A stretch of DNA of 64,000 nucleotides from Candidatus Heimdallarchaeota archaeon (GTDB taxonomy: Archaea > Asgardarchaeota > Heimdallarchaeia > Hodarchaeales > Hodarchaeaceae). The notes under the pieces were generated by a model, which was given only the letters and a program-made list of their open reading frames with translations, did not search any database and was not told the origin of the DNA. The translations under genes and the position numbers were made by a program. The DNA lies in contig RDOB01000002.1 in assembly GCA_011364965.1 (NCBI GenBank), positions 448,001 through 512,000 of the forward strand, written 5' to 3'. Below are positions 50,718 through 61,768 of the stretch, one piece after another; within the stretch, counting starts at the first letter, position 1; each line of letters starts with the position of its first letter.

Positions 50718-50913
50718 CCAATGTCTAACTCCTTGGGAAATCCTACGGAGTTTATATGAACATAAAGTTGATTTCCAAGATTAAGCAAATTATTCTAGGT
50801 CTTCATGCTTGATTAAATAAGTTTGATGCTCATTAATCTCTTAATAACTGTATTTATTATATGGGTTGACGCAATTTGTAACTAAAAGGATTTATTTTTC
50901 ACTGAAAGCGATT

Positions 50914-53900
50914 CTAATGAAATGAAAACCAGTAATTCGGAAAGTTAAGAACATCAATTACATCAAGTTTCATGTGGCAAACTGGACAATTCTTTTTCAA
51001 TTTTAAGCTTTCAAGAAGGTGTTTACGGTGGAAAAAACTTCCACATTGAGGACATCTTACGATTTCCTCTTTATTCTGGAGTTTTACTACAGATGTTCGA
51101 CATACAACACACGTAAGACGTTGAGAGCAAAAACCACAGTTTTTTTGGTCTTCTAAAATTGGATTTTCACATTGAGGACATTTACTTTGGTTTAGTTTTT
51201 TGATCTCTACAGCGGGTTTTTCCTCGGAATAAACGTCTTTCAAACCAGCGTTCCAAATTTGTTCCAGAGCTTCTCCTGATTGGATATTAAAGCGCGAGGC
51301 AAAAATATCTAGAGCCTGTTTATATACACTTAGATGAATTTGTTTTTCAGGTAAATTCATCAGGAGTTTAAGATTCTTCCAAGAATAATATCTTCCCAAT
51401 AAGGGAATTAGCATATGCTGGATGTCCTTTCGATCTTTAGATTTCTGATATAACTCATAAAAGTACTTATCTGGCGTGTCAGGTGGATTATCGAGATAGT
51501 ATTGAGTTAATATATCCAGAATGTCATTTTCTATTGGTAACATATCTAAGTTGAACAATATTTTCTCTATTGTTGTATTGGGAACGTTTACAAAAAATGA
51601 GATCAGAAATTTGGCGCGAACTAGTTTAAATTTAATAAGCAAATTGTATATTGATAAATCATTTTGTGTTGTTCTTCCAGTGACTTTTTCAAGGAAAATT
51701 TTGATCAATTTGGATCCTGGTTCTGGGAAATCAGTCGAGGATTCATAAATCTGGAATATTTCAGTCATTACTTTAGTAGAGAGCGAAGGATTTCTTACTA
51801 ACCCTATAAGTTGTTCTGTTAGTGTGAATATTAAAAGATCAGTTTTAAGTTGCGGAAGTAGATTCGTAATTAGCTGAAGACTATCATTTTGGGAAAGAGA
51901 CTGGATATACCCTTTAGTTTCTTGTATTAACGTACTCAATTGATTTTTATCAATAATTCTCAGGACATCTAATTCATAGTGTGTGAAAAATGAATTTAAT
52001 AGGGTAAGTGCAAAAGATTGGCTTTCTGGTATAATGATAATTTTAGATATTCTAATAATGACTAATTGAAGAAATTTTTCTCTATTTAGCTTTGTGAATT
52101 CTAATAAAAAGCGTTCTCTAATAGAATCCTTGACTGGATATCTATCTGTGAAGGAAAAAGCAGAATAAATTATGCGAGGACCAGCTCCTACAAATTTGGG
52201 GATAATAGATTCCATTAAAAACTCTAAATGAGTCTCTGGTATTCCTTGGAGAATCTCTGTTACATTCGGTATACTCATATTAAACGCTTGATTTATGAGA
52301 ACTGAGAAAGTTGATAATGAATTTAAATTTGATTTACGAAAAATACGCCAAAATTCATCCAATTCAATTTGCAGTATTTCTGGAAAGAATCCTTCTATTA
52401 ATTGCTTAGAACGCGAAGATGCTTTCTCGCTGCTATAATTTCTCACAATAGGCCAAATAACATCCTTAGAGCTCAAAAGTAGTAAGGATCTCCATTTTTC
52501 AAGGAACTCTGTTGTAGTGAAACACCGATTTACAAGAATAGAGTAATGTTCTGAAGAAAGATTTGAGGCCAAATCTTCTGTTTGAAAAGCAAATTTATTT
52601 CCCTTTGATAAAATCTCCTCGAAATTTGAATCTAGATGAATCTTAAGATAGGGATTTAAAATGGTGCGTTCTCGTACGGTTAAAGAACGAGGAGAATACA
52701 AAATCGGTCTAAAAATATCGAAATCATTGAATAACCCCTGTAATTCGAAGGTCCACTCCCTATCTAAGATATAATTACCAATTTTCTCTTTTATGGCTCG
52801 TGTACTTAAAGAAAAGAGAGTAGACAAAACAGAAGCAGATAATAATTCCATATTTTTGTATATTACTTGGCAATAATCTTCCCAATAGTTTGAGGCATTC
52901 TCCAATACTATTGGTTTCAATAATTTTTGAGATTTACCTTTTGATTTTAAATAAAATGATAAAAGTATTACTGGATCATCTTTTGCATAGATTGAAATTT
53001 CTTCTTCTAGAAAATTTGACAATTTTAAATTTGAAAGTATATTCTCTTCATTCAATAGATCTAATAAAATTTTTACAACGGAGGTTTGTTTTATTTTATT
53101 CAGTTGATCAAATAAATCATGTATGATCACTAATTCTTCATATTGAACTAAAGTATAAAATATTATCTGAATATTTCCGCTATCTTCTTTTATTTTCATA
53201 TTTACATATTCTATAATAAATATATTAATATTAGAGTCTTTTTGTCCTTTGTGAATCTCTAATAATGTCTCTAAGGAAACTTCTCTTTCTTTAAACCATT
53301 TTAACAAAGTCTTCATATAAGGCTTTCTTGTGACTTTCTGAATTCCTGTTATAAATGAAAGTTCTTGCTTTGAGGTTCCTGATAGATCAAGAAATCTAGT
53401 GAATCGTTTTATAGAAAGGATTATGACATCTTCTACATTTTTGAATATTTGAATGCGTTCGATTAATTTTAATTCATAAAAAAAGGTTTTCACTATATGA
53501 AATGGATCTTCTAAATAAGCTTTTAAAAGCTCTGAATGGATTTCTGGTGAAGAGGAACCCCATAATCTAAATAGAAGAACAATTTGTGACGGATTTAGAT
53601 TAGATATTGAATTTTTTACTTTTTCATAAACTTGCTTTGAAAGGTCAGGATTGATACTTGTGAGAATTTTTGAAATAATATCTTTATTTGTCATTACTAG
53701 TTCTAGATGGGAGATGATTAAATTTAGAATGGCATGTTGAGACTCAATTTTCGCTTTTTTGATAAAAATAAGGAATTCTGGGGTAGATAGGAGTTCAAAA
53801 ATTAAGCTAACATTCTCTCTCGAACACAAAGGAATTGAATTGGTAATTAGGTCAAAACTAGAAGGAAGGAGCTGAATTAATCCGAATTTGTTCCATTTAT

Positions 53901-54048
53901 ATCTTTCGCCTTTGAGATATTCATTATAGAAATAATGCAAAGCATATTCAGGGTTTTCTTTAATGAAGGTGCGAACTTTCCTCTTCCATAGTAATGGAAG
54001 GTGATCCTTCCAAGAAATATCCAAACCAAGATTACCTTGGGAGTTCAT
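50914..54048 (-). CDS. Long alpha-solenoid protein with a C-terminal Zn ribbon plus RING-type domain (putative E3 ligase/scaffold)
   Basis: About 950 aa Leu/Ile-rich helical region, then CPQC..CGFC and CVVC...CPQC...HRKH...CPVC. Confidence 0.78.
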   Translation of the reverse strand: MNSQGNLGLDISWKDHLPLLWKRKVRTFIKENPEYALHYFYNEYLKGERYKWNKFGLIQLLPSSFDLITNSIPLCSRENVSLIFELLSTPEFLIFIKKAKIESQHAILNLIISHLELVMTNKDIISKILTSINPDLSKQVYEKVKNSISNLNPSQIVLLFRLWGSSSPEIHSELLKAYLEDPFHIVKTFFYELKLIERIQIFKNVEDVIILSIKRFTRFLDLSGTSKQELSFITGIQKVTRKPYMKTLLKWFKEREVSLETLLEIHKGQKDSNINIFIIEYVNMKIKEDSGNIQIIFYTLVQYEELVIIHDLFDQLNKIKQTSVVKILLDLLNEENILSNLKLSNFLEEEISIYAKDDPVILLSFYLKSKGKSQKLLKPIVLENASNYWEDYCQVIYKNMELLSASVLSTLFSLSTRAIKEKIGNYILDREWTFELQGLFNDFDIFRPILYSPRSLTVRERTILNPYLKIHLDSNFEEILSKGNKFAFQTEDLASNLSSEHYSILVNRCFTTTEFLEKWRSLLLLSSKDVIWPIVRNYSSEKASSRSKQLIEGFFPEILQIELDEFWRIFRKSNLNSLSTFSVLINQAFNMSIPNVTEILQGIPETHLEFLMESIIPKFVGAGPRIIYSAFSFTDRYPVKDSIRERFLLEFTKLNREKFLQLVIIRISKIIIIPESQSFALTLLNSFFTHYELDVLRIIDKNQLSTLIQETKGYIQSLSQNDSLQLITNLLPQLKTDLLIFTLTEQLIGLVRNPSLSTKVMTEIFQIYESSTDFPEPGSKLIKIFLEKVTGRTTQNDLSIYNLLIKFKLVRAKFLISFFVNVPNTTIEKILFNLDMLPIENDILDILTQYYLDNPPDTPDKYFYELYQKSKDRKDIQHMLIPLLGRYYSWKNLKLLMNLPEKQIHLSVYKQALDIFASRFNIQSGEALEQIWNAGLKDVYSEEKPAVEIKKLNQSKCPQCENPILEDQKNCGFCSQRLTCVVCRTSVVKLQNKEEIVRCPQCGSFFHRKHLLESLKLKKNCPVCHMKLDVIDVLNFPNYWFSFH

Positions 54049-54185
54049 AAGAGAAAACTGTCCTTCTAGTTCTTATATAAGTAAGACATAGAATATTTTT
54101 CAAATAGTTATCCATATAGGGAGTTTAAAAAATGATATAACTGGTTTTTTTTAACTATTTTGTTGAATAAAAGGGTAGAAGGCTT

Positions 54186-55376
54186 TTAAGTTGCTAAAGA
54201 GACTTCTTTTCCGGAAATAAAGACCTTTTCGACTTTAGAGTAAAATTCAAAGGGATGTCCTGACCAAATCACAACATCAGCGTCTTTCCCAGCCTCTAGT
54301 GATCCGATTTTATTCGATATGTTTAAAATTTCGGCAGGATTTATGGTTACACACTTTAATGCTTCTTCAGGAGTTAATCCTTCCTTAATAGCGTACATTG
54401 GTAGCAAATGGAAATGATTCATTGGAGTTAACGAATCAGTTTGTAGAGCTACTTTTACCCCCGCTTTCACCAAATCAACAACTGTTTTAAATCCTCTGTC
54501 ACGAGTTTCCGGCTTACTCACCCAATAAAGAGTTGGACCAATAACAGCAGGGTATCCTTTTTCTACTATATAATTCGTTATTTTATTCCCCTCTGTACAA
54601 TGGATGAGTACTAGATCTACACTAAATTCCTCCGCAATACGAATTATAGTTGCGATATCATCTGCACGATGGGCGTGTGCATGGAGCGGAATTTCCCTTT
54701 GGAGAACTTTAACTACCGTATCTAACATTAAATTCCGTTTAGGAGGTGCTGGAGGATCCTTTCCTTTTTCCATGGCATTCCTTACCTTTGTTTGGTATGT
54801 TTCCTTCTCATCAATATAGTTCAGAGCCTCAGTAAAGGTTTTGCGAATTAAAGCTGCTATCCCCATACGTGTAGATGGCATACGCTTGTTAAGTTGTCCA
54901 TGTGTTCTTTTTGGATTCTCTCCTAAAGCTATTTTCAAACCTGAAGGTGCACGTAAAATCATATCGTCAACTATAGGACTTTCTATGACTTTCACCGTAA
55001 ATGTTTCTCCTGAAACTACATTACCTGACCCTGGACCAGTATTAATACAGGTAACTCCCCCCCTTACTACTTCTTTCAGAGAAGGCTCGAAAGGATTAAA
55101 GGAATCAATTCCACGGACATGAGGTGTAATTGGGTCAGTCATCTCATTACCATCCATACCAGCCCAACCAATACTTCCGTCAAAGAGACCTTGATGTGTA
55201 TGTGCGTCAATAAATCCAGGTACAATATATTTCCCAGTAACGTCAAAAATCTCCGCCCCCTCTAAAGAAAGATTTGTACCAATCTCTTTAATCTTCTCAT
55301 TTTCGATTAAAACAGTTGCATTCTCAATTTTTCCTTGAATAGGACAAAATAATGTTCCATTTACTAGTGCAATCAT
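54186..55376 (-). CDS. Amidohydrolase (imidazolonepropionase-like)
   Basis: PGFIDAHTH, KIALGENPKR, HAHRADDI, HCTEG, TINPAEIL, GSLEAGKDADVVIW. Confidence 0.92.
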   Translation of the reverse strand: MIALVNGTLFCPIQGKIENATVLIENEKIKEIGTNLSLEGAEIFDVTGKYIVPGFIDAHTHQGLFDGSIGWAGMDGNEMTDPITPHVRGIDSFNPFEPSLKEVVRGGVTCINTGPGSGNVVSGETFTVKVIESPIVDDMILRAPSGLKIALGENPKRTHGQLNKRMPSTRMGIAALIRKTFTEALNYIDEKETYQTKVRNAMEKGKDPPAPPKRNLMLDTVVKVLQREIPLHAHAHRADDIATIIRIAEEFSVDLVLIHCTEGNKITNYIVEKGYPAVIGPTLYWVSKPETRDRGFKTVVDLVKAGVKVALQTDSLTPMNHFHLLPMYAIKEGLTPEEALKCVTINPAEILNISNKIGSLEAGKDADVVIWSGHPFEFYSKVEKVFISGKEVSLAT

Positions 55377-55560
55377 TGGATTTCCCATCATTGCATCTGT
55401 ATGCACAAGCATAAAATTGTTATGAGCGATTAACCGTTCTTGTTATACTCTGGAGATTCTCAATCGACAAGTCAGAGGTGACTGATTTTGCGTCAGGTCT
55501 ATATGGAGGAGTCAGAACTCGCTGATTAGTAAGAGATCTTTTTCTGTTTCAGAAAAGAGA

Positions 55561-56904
55561 TTAAAGGTAATTTGGTTTTCCAATACCAACATAGAAGAAT
55601 CCTTTTTCTTCCACAAATTCTCGATTATATACATTCCTTCCATCTATAATTATTTTAGTCCTCATCAGCTGCTTCAACTGATCGAAATCTAGATTGAAAT
55701 ATTTTTCATGTTTGGTGACAATTATTGCACAGTCTGATCCTTCTAGTGCCAAATTTATATCATTAATAACCGGCCAGTCTTCAAATAAACTTGAATTAAC
55801 AAAGTAATCATGTACTTTGACATTTGCTTCATAAGAATCAAGATATTTTATAAGTGGAAGTGCTGGGGTATTTCTTGTATCATCTGAATCCTCTAAATAT
55901 GCTATACCTAATACCGTTATTGTTGCATCCTTTAACATAATTTCATGTTTTTCTAAGGCAGCTTTTGCCAATCCTCCAAGATGAATTGGCATATAATTAT
56001 TAATTTTTCTTCCAAGGGTGATAAATTCAGGTTCGATAGCTCCTAATCCATATGTTTGTACTCCATAGCGTAATAGCCAAGGATCTTTCGGTAAACAATG
56101 TCCTCCCACTCCTGCTCCAGGATAATGCATATGCCGATCATGCCTAGCATTAATGAGTTCGATGATTTCATAAATATTTACATGCATACTTTCGCAAACA
56201 AGAGCCATTTCATTTGCAAAAGCTATATTAATATCTCGATATGAATTCTCAATAGTCTTTGCCAGTTCTGCAGACAAACAGCTCGTAACTGATATTTCTT
56301 TTGAGACTACATGCTTATATAGCCACACTGCTTTGTTCGTAGATTCTGGAGTAATACCTCCTACAACGCGCGGCATATTTACAATGTAATCAAGCAATTT
56401 ACCTGGCATAACTCTTTCATACGAAAATGCGAGATAAAAATCTCTCCCGGCAACTAGTCCTGATTTTTTTTCCAATATGGGTTTGACTACATTTTCAGTT
56501 GTACCTGGAGCTACAGTTGATTCGATAATTACTGTAACCCCTTTCTTTAAATAAGCTCCTACTTGAGAACTAACTGATTTGAGTGATTCATATTGTGGAA
56601 CATGGGTTTCATCTGTTGGGGTTTGCACATCGATGAGGATAAAGTCTGCATTTTTTGCAATTGATGGGTCATCTGTGACTTGGAATGATCCTTTCTTAAC
56701 AACACGTGAAATCAAATCATCAAGACCAGGTTCTTTTCCTTTGAAGGGTGATTCTCCCCGATTTAAGACAGTTATTTTCCATCCAGATCGCTTGGAACGT
56801 CTTTGAACCCCTGTAACCCGAAATCCATTTACATCTGCTAGAAGGGCTGCGATAGGAATTCCTACATAGCCCATTCCAAAAACAACACAATGAATATTAG
56901 TCAT
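55561..56904 (-). CDS. Nucleotide-sugar dehydrogenase (UDP-ManNAc/GlcNAc dehydrogenase, WecC-like)
   Basis: GMGYVG, VQTP, ESTVAPGTT, ERVMPG, KTIENSYRDINIAFANE, GVGGHCLPKDP. Confidence 0.93.
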   Translation of the reverse strand: MTNIHCVVFGMGYVGIPIAALLADVNGFRVTGVQRRSKRSGWKITVLNRGESPFKGKEPGLDDLISRVVKKGSFQVTDDPSIAKNADFILIDVQTPTDETHVPQYESLKSVSSQVGAYLKKGVTVIIESTVAPGTTENVVKPILEKKSGLVAGRDFYLAFSYERVMPGKLLDYIVNMPRVVGGITPESTNKAVWLYKHVVSKEISVTSCLSAELAKTIENSYRDINIAFANEMALVCESMHVNIYEIIELINARHDRHMHYPGAGVGGHCLPKDPWLLRYGVQTYGLGAIEPEFITLGRKINNYMPIHLGGLAKAALEKHEIMLKDATITVLGIAYLEDSDDTRNTPALPLIKYLDSYEANVKVHDYFVNSSLFEDWPVINDINLALEGSDCAIIVTKHEKYFNLDFDQLKQLMRTKIIIDGRNVYNREFVEEKGFFYVGIGKPNYL

Positions 56905-57348
56905 ATTTATTTCCACATAAATTCAAATAAATAGGTAATCATTTGAAGTTAATCATTCAAATATCTAGTTGAAATATCTATCTCCGGCGAATTCAAGACT
57001 TCTTTTGTATATTGTTGTATGAGACAAGGTAACCACTAAGATGAAAGCGATGATCAATTTTATTCTAGAAAAATAAGATCACTTATAAATGAATTTAGGG
57101 AACTTTATATCATTTAAAAGGAGTTTAAGTTATTTAATTGAAATTATCTAGGAGAAAAGCCTATTTTCTGTTATTAATAAGGAAATAAGAGAAGAGACAA
57201 TCGATATATCCTGTTGTGTTGTACTTAAAATGTCGCACTTAATTCTTATAAAGAAATTAGTGAGAAGAGGTACCTTAATCTCAAAATATTTTTGTACAAG
57301 ATATTGGCTGATTTTTTGATTCTTTGAGAAATTAGAAGGTGTGAATAT

Positions 57349-58620
57349 ATGAAAACTCAACTATTAGCAGATGAGATACTCAATACCATGAATTTAAGGA
57401 AACGTTATGGTATATTCAATAATAATATGATGTTTCTACTGAATGATGATGATAAAGCATTAGCATCAGAATTACAAGAAACATGTATTGAATTTGATGA
57501 AAAAATAGGTGGCATTTCAGGTCATAATAATATGAATCTGTACGACCATTTTTCGTGGGCTGGAAAACATGGACTAATTAATCGTACAAACGACTATCCT
57601 CATCGTGATGATTTACATATTGGAATGAAAGCAGAAATTATACGTCAGTGGACAATGGACATCTTAAATCCTCAATTGAGCCTTGCACTGGGCGCCTCTG
57701 TACTAGCAATAAATCCCATTGCTCATCATAATGAAGGCAGGGAAAATTTAAGGAAAGACTTAGTGGATCTTCTAGATGGAAATAAAATTGGCTGTATATG
57801 TATAACGGAACCCGAACGGGGATCCGATGCTGTAAATATGACTGTAAAGGCAGAAAAAGCTGATGATGGGTTCATTATTAATGGGATAAAATGCTATAAT
57901 ACTAACTCGCCAGCAGCTGATATTGCTGTTGTTTATGCTGTATATAATACTGAAGATCCAAGAGGTACCATGGTTCAAGGTGTAAGTCATAAAGCATGGG
58001 ATAAAGGGTTTAGAGCTGAAAGAATAGGGATTCCTTCGGTTCCTCATATTCAAATTGGAAAAACCATCTTTAACGATGCACACATCCCCGCCGATTATGT
58101 TACTGGCGATGATGGAAAGGGATATGAAATATTGTTTGAAGGTCTTGTCCCAGAACGAATTGGAATTGCTGCACTAAACGTGGGACAGATGTGGGGAGCT
58201 TTTACTATTGCCTCGATATATTCAACCCTCCGTAAACAATTTGGAGAGAAAATTCTTCTTCACCAAGCAGTAGGAATGAGTGTCTTAGCAAAATATCACT
58301 CTCGTTTAATGGCAGCTACAATGGCATTGTTGAAGCTCGCTGAAACATACGATGAGAAAAAAGACGAATTGGCTGGATTGCCACCAACGATGAATCCTCT
58401 TGTTGCATTCGCATCACAAATGAAAGAATTTACATCTTACTTATATCATGATCTAACTTATGAATTAATGCATGCAATGGGTGGCACGGGCGTGACTGAT
58501 CAGACATTGATGCCTTATTATCAGGGTGTTTCCGAAATAGCTGAAGTTGTGGGTGGTACTCGTAATGTTCAGTTATTAATTGGCAGTCGAACCATTAATA
58601 CCATGGTAAAAATGAGTTAG
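57349..58620 (+). CDS. Acyl-CoA dehydrogenase family protein
   Basis: CITEPERGSDA, INGIKCYNTN, ERIGIAA, RKQFG, MGGTG, GGTRNVQ. Confidence 0.9.
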   Translation: MKTQLLADEILNTMNLRKRYGIFNNNMMFLLNDDDKALASELQETCIEFDEKIGGISGHNNMNLYDHFSWAGKHGLINRTNDYPHRDDLHIGMKAEIIRQWTMDILNPQLSLALGASVLAINPIAHHNEGRENLRKDLVDLLDGNKIGCICITEPERGSDAVNMTVKAEKADDGFIINGIKCYNTNSPAADIAVVYAVYNTEDPRGTMVQGVSHKAWDKGFRAERIGIPSVPHIQIGKTIFNDAHIPADYVTGDDGKGYEILFEGLVPERIGIAALNVGQMWGAFTIASIYSTLRKQFGEKILLHQAVGMSVLAKYHSRLMAATMALLKLAETYDEKKDELAGLPPTMNPLVAFASQMKEFTSYLYHDLTYELMHAMGGTGVTDQTLMPYYQGVSEIAEVVGGTRNVQLLIGSRTINTMVKMS

Positions 58621-58819
58621 ACATAACTCTTCCTCATTTTTTTTTTCATTTTTTAATTTTAATACCTTTATTTTTTGATTTCTATTATTTATTGAAATAA
58701 AATCCGTATGAATTGCGGATAAGTTATTTAGGTGTGCTTTTTTAAAAACCAGCCCTAATTCTATATAGCAAACGAGTATTCTAGAAAAAATCCTGCAAAG
58801 TGGTAACGGAGAATTACTT

Positions 58820-59713
58820 ATGCCCTTGCTTTGTGTCAAGATTTACAACAAAAACTATGATGAAATCCAATCAACAGTTAATCCTCCTCCCATATCCCTT
58901 TCCAAACAGTTTCTATTTCATTTGGGGCAGATTTCTAATGGTAACCTTTCCTATGTAGTACAAGCAATTCTGAATCATGATCAAATATTTGCTTTTACGA
59001 GTAAAAATGAATATTTTATTTTAGCAATAGCTACCAATAATACTCCCTATGATAAACTAAGACAATTTCTTCTCCTTCTCTCTGATGCGTTAACGTCAGA
59101 TATTCTTCTACCTTGTCAAGAGTCATATCAAATGTTTCAGGATCTATGTGATTCTTCTATAAAAACAGTAGACTCAGCTCCTGAGTTAACTGTTGCTTTA
59201 CTAGGTTTAGAGCGATCTGGTAAGACCACTTTCGCTAATTACTTTTCTAATCGCAGTCTTGCAGCATTTGATACCTATTCTCCAACTCATCTCTTGAACA
59301 TTATTCGAATAAATCAACATATGAGGATTCCTGCATTAAAATTGTTTGATTTAGGAATGAACTTCAAAAGTCAATGGTGGAAGTTTAGAAAGGAATCTGA
59401 TGCCTTTATTTTTTTTGTTGATAGTGCAGATGTCAGGATGAATGAATCTCGTGACCTTTTTAACGAGATTCGTAGTTTCTGGGATCTTCCATATGTAATT
59501 GCAGCGAATAAGCGCGATACATCAAAAATCGTAAATATCAGAAAGTACCTATCTCGTAAGTTTTGTGTTCCTATTAGAAATATCTTCGAAATTGAAACTT
59601 ATACAGGTACGGGTGTTTATAGCCTTTTAGCAGAACTTATAACTAGAATCCAAGATCAAGATGTAACATTATCTTTGATTGGAAAAATTCCCAAACAGGG
59701 AAGAGGTTTATAA
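58820..59713 (+). CDS. Arf-like small GTPase with an N-terminal longin-like domain
   Basis: G1 GLERSGKTT, G2 YSPT, G3 LFDLG, FFVDS, G4 NKRD; about 120 aa N-terminal extension. Confidence 0.8.
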   Translation: MPLLCVKIYNKNYDEIQSTVNPPPISLSKQFLFHLGQISNGNLSYVVQAILNHDQIFAFTSKNEYFILAIATNNTPYDKLRQFLLLLSDALTSDILLPCQESYQMFQDLCDSSIKTVDSAPELTVALLGLERSGKTTFANYFSNRSLAAFDTYSPTHLLNIIRINQHMRIPALKLFDLGMNFKSQWWKFRKESDAFIFFVDSADVRMNESRDLFNEIRSFWDLPYVIAANKRDTSKIVNIRKYLSRKFCVPIRNIFEIETYTGTGVYSLLAELITRIQDQDVTLSLIGKIPKQGRGL

Positions 59714-59782
59714 GGTTAAATTTATCAGTAAGGTGTGGAATTTATCAATATTTACTTACATTCAGGAAATTAACCGTTAACA

Positions 59783-61084
59783 ATGAAATTACAAAATAAT
59801 AAAGAATCTAATATGACAAGTCAAACCAAGAGGCAACTAGACGCATTCGTTTCTGTTACAAAAGCCTTCCTACAGTACGATTTCCAAGGTATGATCGATG
59901 AAGTTTTAAGGACAATTATCAAAATGGTGGAAGGCGAATTTGGAGGAATATTCTTAGCTCGAGAAAAAAGTGTTGAATTAATCTCTAGTACCGATGATGT
60001 GCCAGAGGGGCTATTGAAAACTGTAAAGCATCAAAATTTACCAAATACAGATGAATCGGAATACTTGATGGAATCTGAGATTCTTGGATTAGCTACACAG
60101 ACAGTTAAGGAAGCAAAAACTAAAATATGGTCTGGAGAGAGCGTATCCAATTTGATGATTTCCTCTGCAGCTCAAGAAGTGGTGAATAATTTAGGGATTA
60201 CTGATATATTGTCTGTACCAATAATGTATAAGAAATCTCCCTTAGGTGTTATTCAGCTAGCTCGAATTGGGAATAATGAGTTTACAACACAAGAAATTTC
60301 ACTTATTGAGAGTTTTGCGAGAGAATTGGGTCTGGTTATTACTGTGAGAGAGACTCGTGAAACGATCGTTGAAGTAAGTAAGGAATTAGAGTTTTATGTT
60401 GACCTCCTTACACATGATGTATCAAGTCAAGCTATGATTGCCTATAGTTGTTTGGAAGAGTTAAAAACCAAAGAAGGTGAAGACGAAAATTACTATTTCT
60501 TTGTAAATACAGCCTTAGAAAGCCTGATTAGGGTTCAAACTGTAATTGATCAGGTTAGAATTCTGTCTCATGTACGGAGCATTAAAGATCAAGATTTGAC
60601 ACCTATTTGCCTCCGAAAATGCATTGAAAGGTCGATAAAGACTATAAAAGCGATGTTTCCATCAGAATCAATACAAGTAACTATTAAATCCCCTCAAGAA
60701 GATATCTATACCTTTGGAACTCCAATTTTGGATAATGTTTTTACCAATCTTCTTCAAAATGCAGTTTTTGCAACAGAAAAACCCAAGAAACAAATAAACA
60801 TATCAATCCAAGAATTGAAAAGATTAGGTTTATGGAAAATCGAGATTGAAGATTTTGGATGCGGAGTTCCTGACAATCTGAAGGAAAAAATTTTTGAGCG
60901 ATTTTTTGGTACGCGAACTGGGAAGGGGCAAAAGAAAGGATCAGGATTGGGTCTTCACATCGTATCAACAATCCTCAATCGAATGGGAGGAGAAATAAGT
61001 GTTCAAGATCGCGTCGAAAATGATTATAGTCAAGGCGCGAGATTTATACTCCATTTTCAAAAATACTGTGAATCGGTTTCTTAA
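59783..61084 (+). CDS. GAF-domain sensor histidine kinase
   Basis: GAF (LSVPIM...LGVIQL...FT..EI.L...FA), H-box LTHD, NLLQNA, DFGCGVPD, IFERF, GSGLGL. Confidence 0.92.
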   Translation: MKLQNNKESNMTSQTKRQLDAFVSVTKAFLQYDFQGMIDEVLRTIIKMVEGEFGGIFLAREKSVELISSTDDVPEGLLKTVKHQNLPNTDESEYLMESEILGLATQTVKEAKTKIWSGESVSNLMISSAAQEVVNNLGITDILSVPIMYKKSPLGVIQLARIGNNEFTTQEISLIESFARELGLVITVRETRETIVEVSKELEFYVDLLTHDVSSQAMIAYSCLEELKTKEGEDENYYFFVNTALESLIRVQTVIDQVRILSHVRSIKDQDLTPICLRKCIERSIKTIKAMFPSESIQVTIKSPQEDIYTFGTPILDNVFTNLLQNAVFATEKPKKQINISIQELKRLGLWKIEIEDFGCGVPDNLKEKIFERFFGTRTGKGQKKGSGLGLHIVSTILNRMGGEISVQDRVENDYSQGARFILHFQKYCESVS

Positions 61085-61209
61085 TCTATATAATATTTTA
61101 TCTAGCCATTTTCATCTTTAAGTTTTTTATTCATTAGTTTTGGTTGACATATTAATTATAAGTTGTATCTCAGGAATTTCAAAACAGCAAAATTAAGAAG
61201 ACCAGAAAA

Positions 61210-61746
61210 TTGATATTAAATGGAACAAAGACGATGATTAGACGAAATAAAGAGCTTATTTTGGGTAAACTATCTCATTCCAGTCAATTTAAAATAAATT
61301 TTGTCTGTTCTGGCAATATTATTCGTAGTCCTTATGCTCAACTCCTCTTCACATATATTATAAAAAATTCCGAATTAGAAAATAGAATTACAGTCGAATC
61401 CAGCGGAGTGAAATATCGAAATTGCCAAATCTCATGTGAAAGTTACCAGATGTTACTTACAGAAGGAATTCCTGAAGAAAAAATCCTAAAATTTACTCCA
61501 AGATTCTTTATAGATTATCCACACATATATGAGGATGTTGATTTAATCTTAGTTATGGAAAAAAACCATATAAAGTATATACCAGAACAGTTTAGAGAGA
61601 AAGCTTTTCTCCTCCTTGAATTTACACAAGGGGATGCAATTGACGTTCCAGATCCTTATTTCGACCCTCCATATGAGAGAGTATTTTCAATGATCAAACA
61701 ATCATTGTTAATATTAAAGGATCAAATGCTGAAAAGTATTCAATAA
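61210..61746 (+). CDS. Low-molecular-weight protein tyrosine/arginine phosphatase
   Basis: FVCSGNIIRSP P-loop, DLILVME, DVPDPY. Confidence 0.9.
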   Translation: MILNGTKTMIRRNKELILGKLSHSSQFKINFVCSGNIIRSPYAQLLFTYIIKNSELENRITVESSGVKYRNCQISCESYQMLLTEGIPEEKILKFTPRFFIDYPHIYEDVDLILVMEKNHIKYIPEQFREKAFLLLEFTQGDAIDVPDPYFDPPYERVFSMIKQSLLILKDQMLKSIQ

Positions 61747-61768
61747 AGAAGAACCAGAATTTCTAGGC

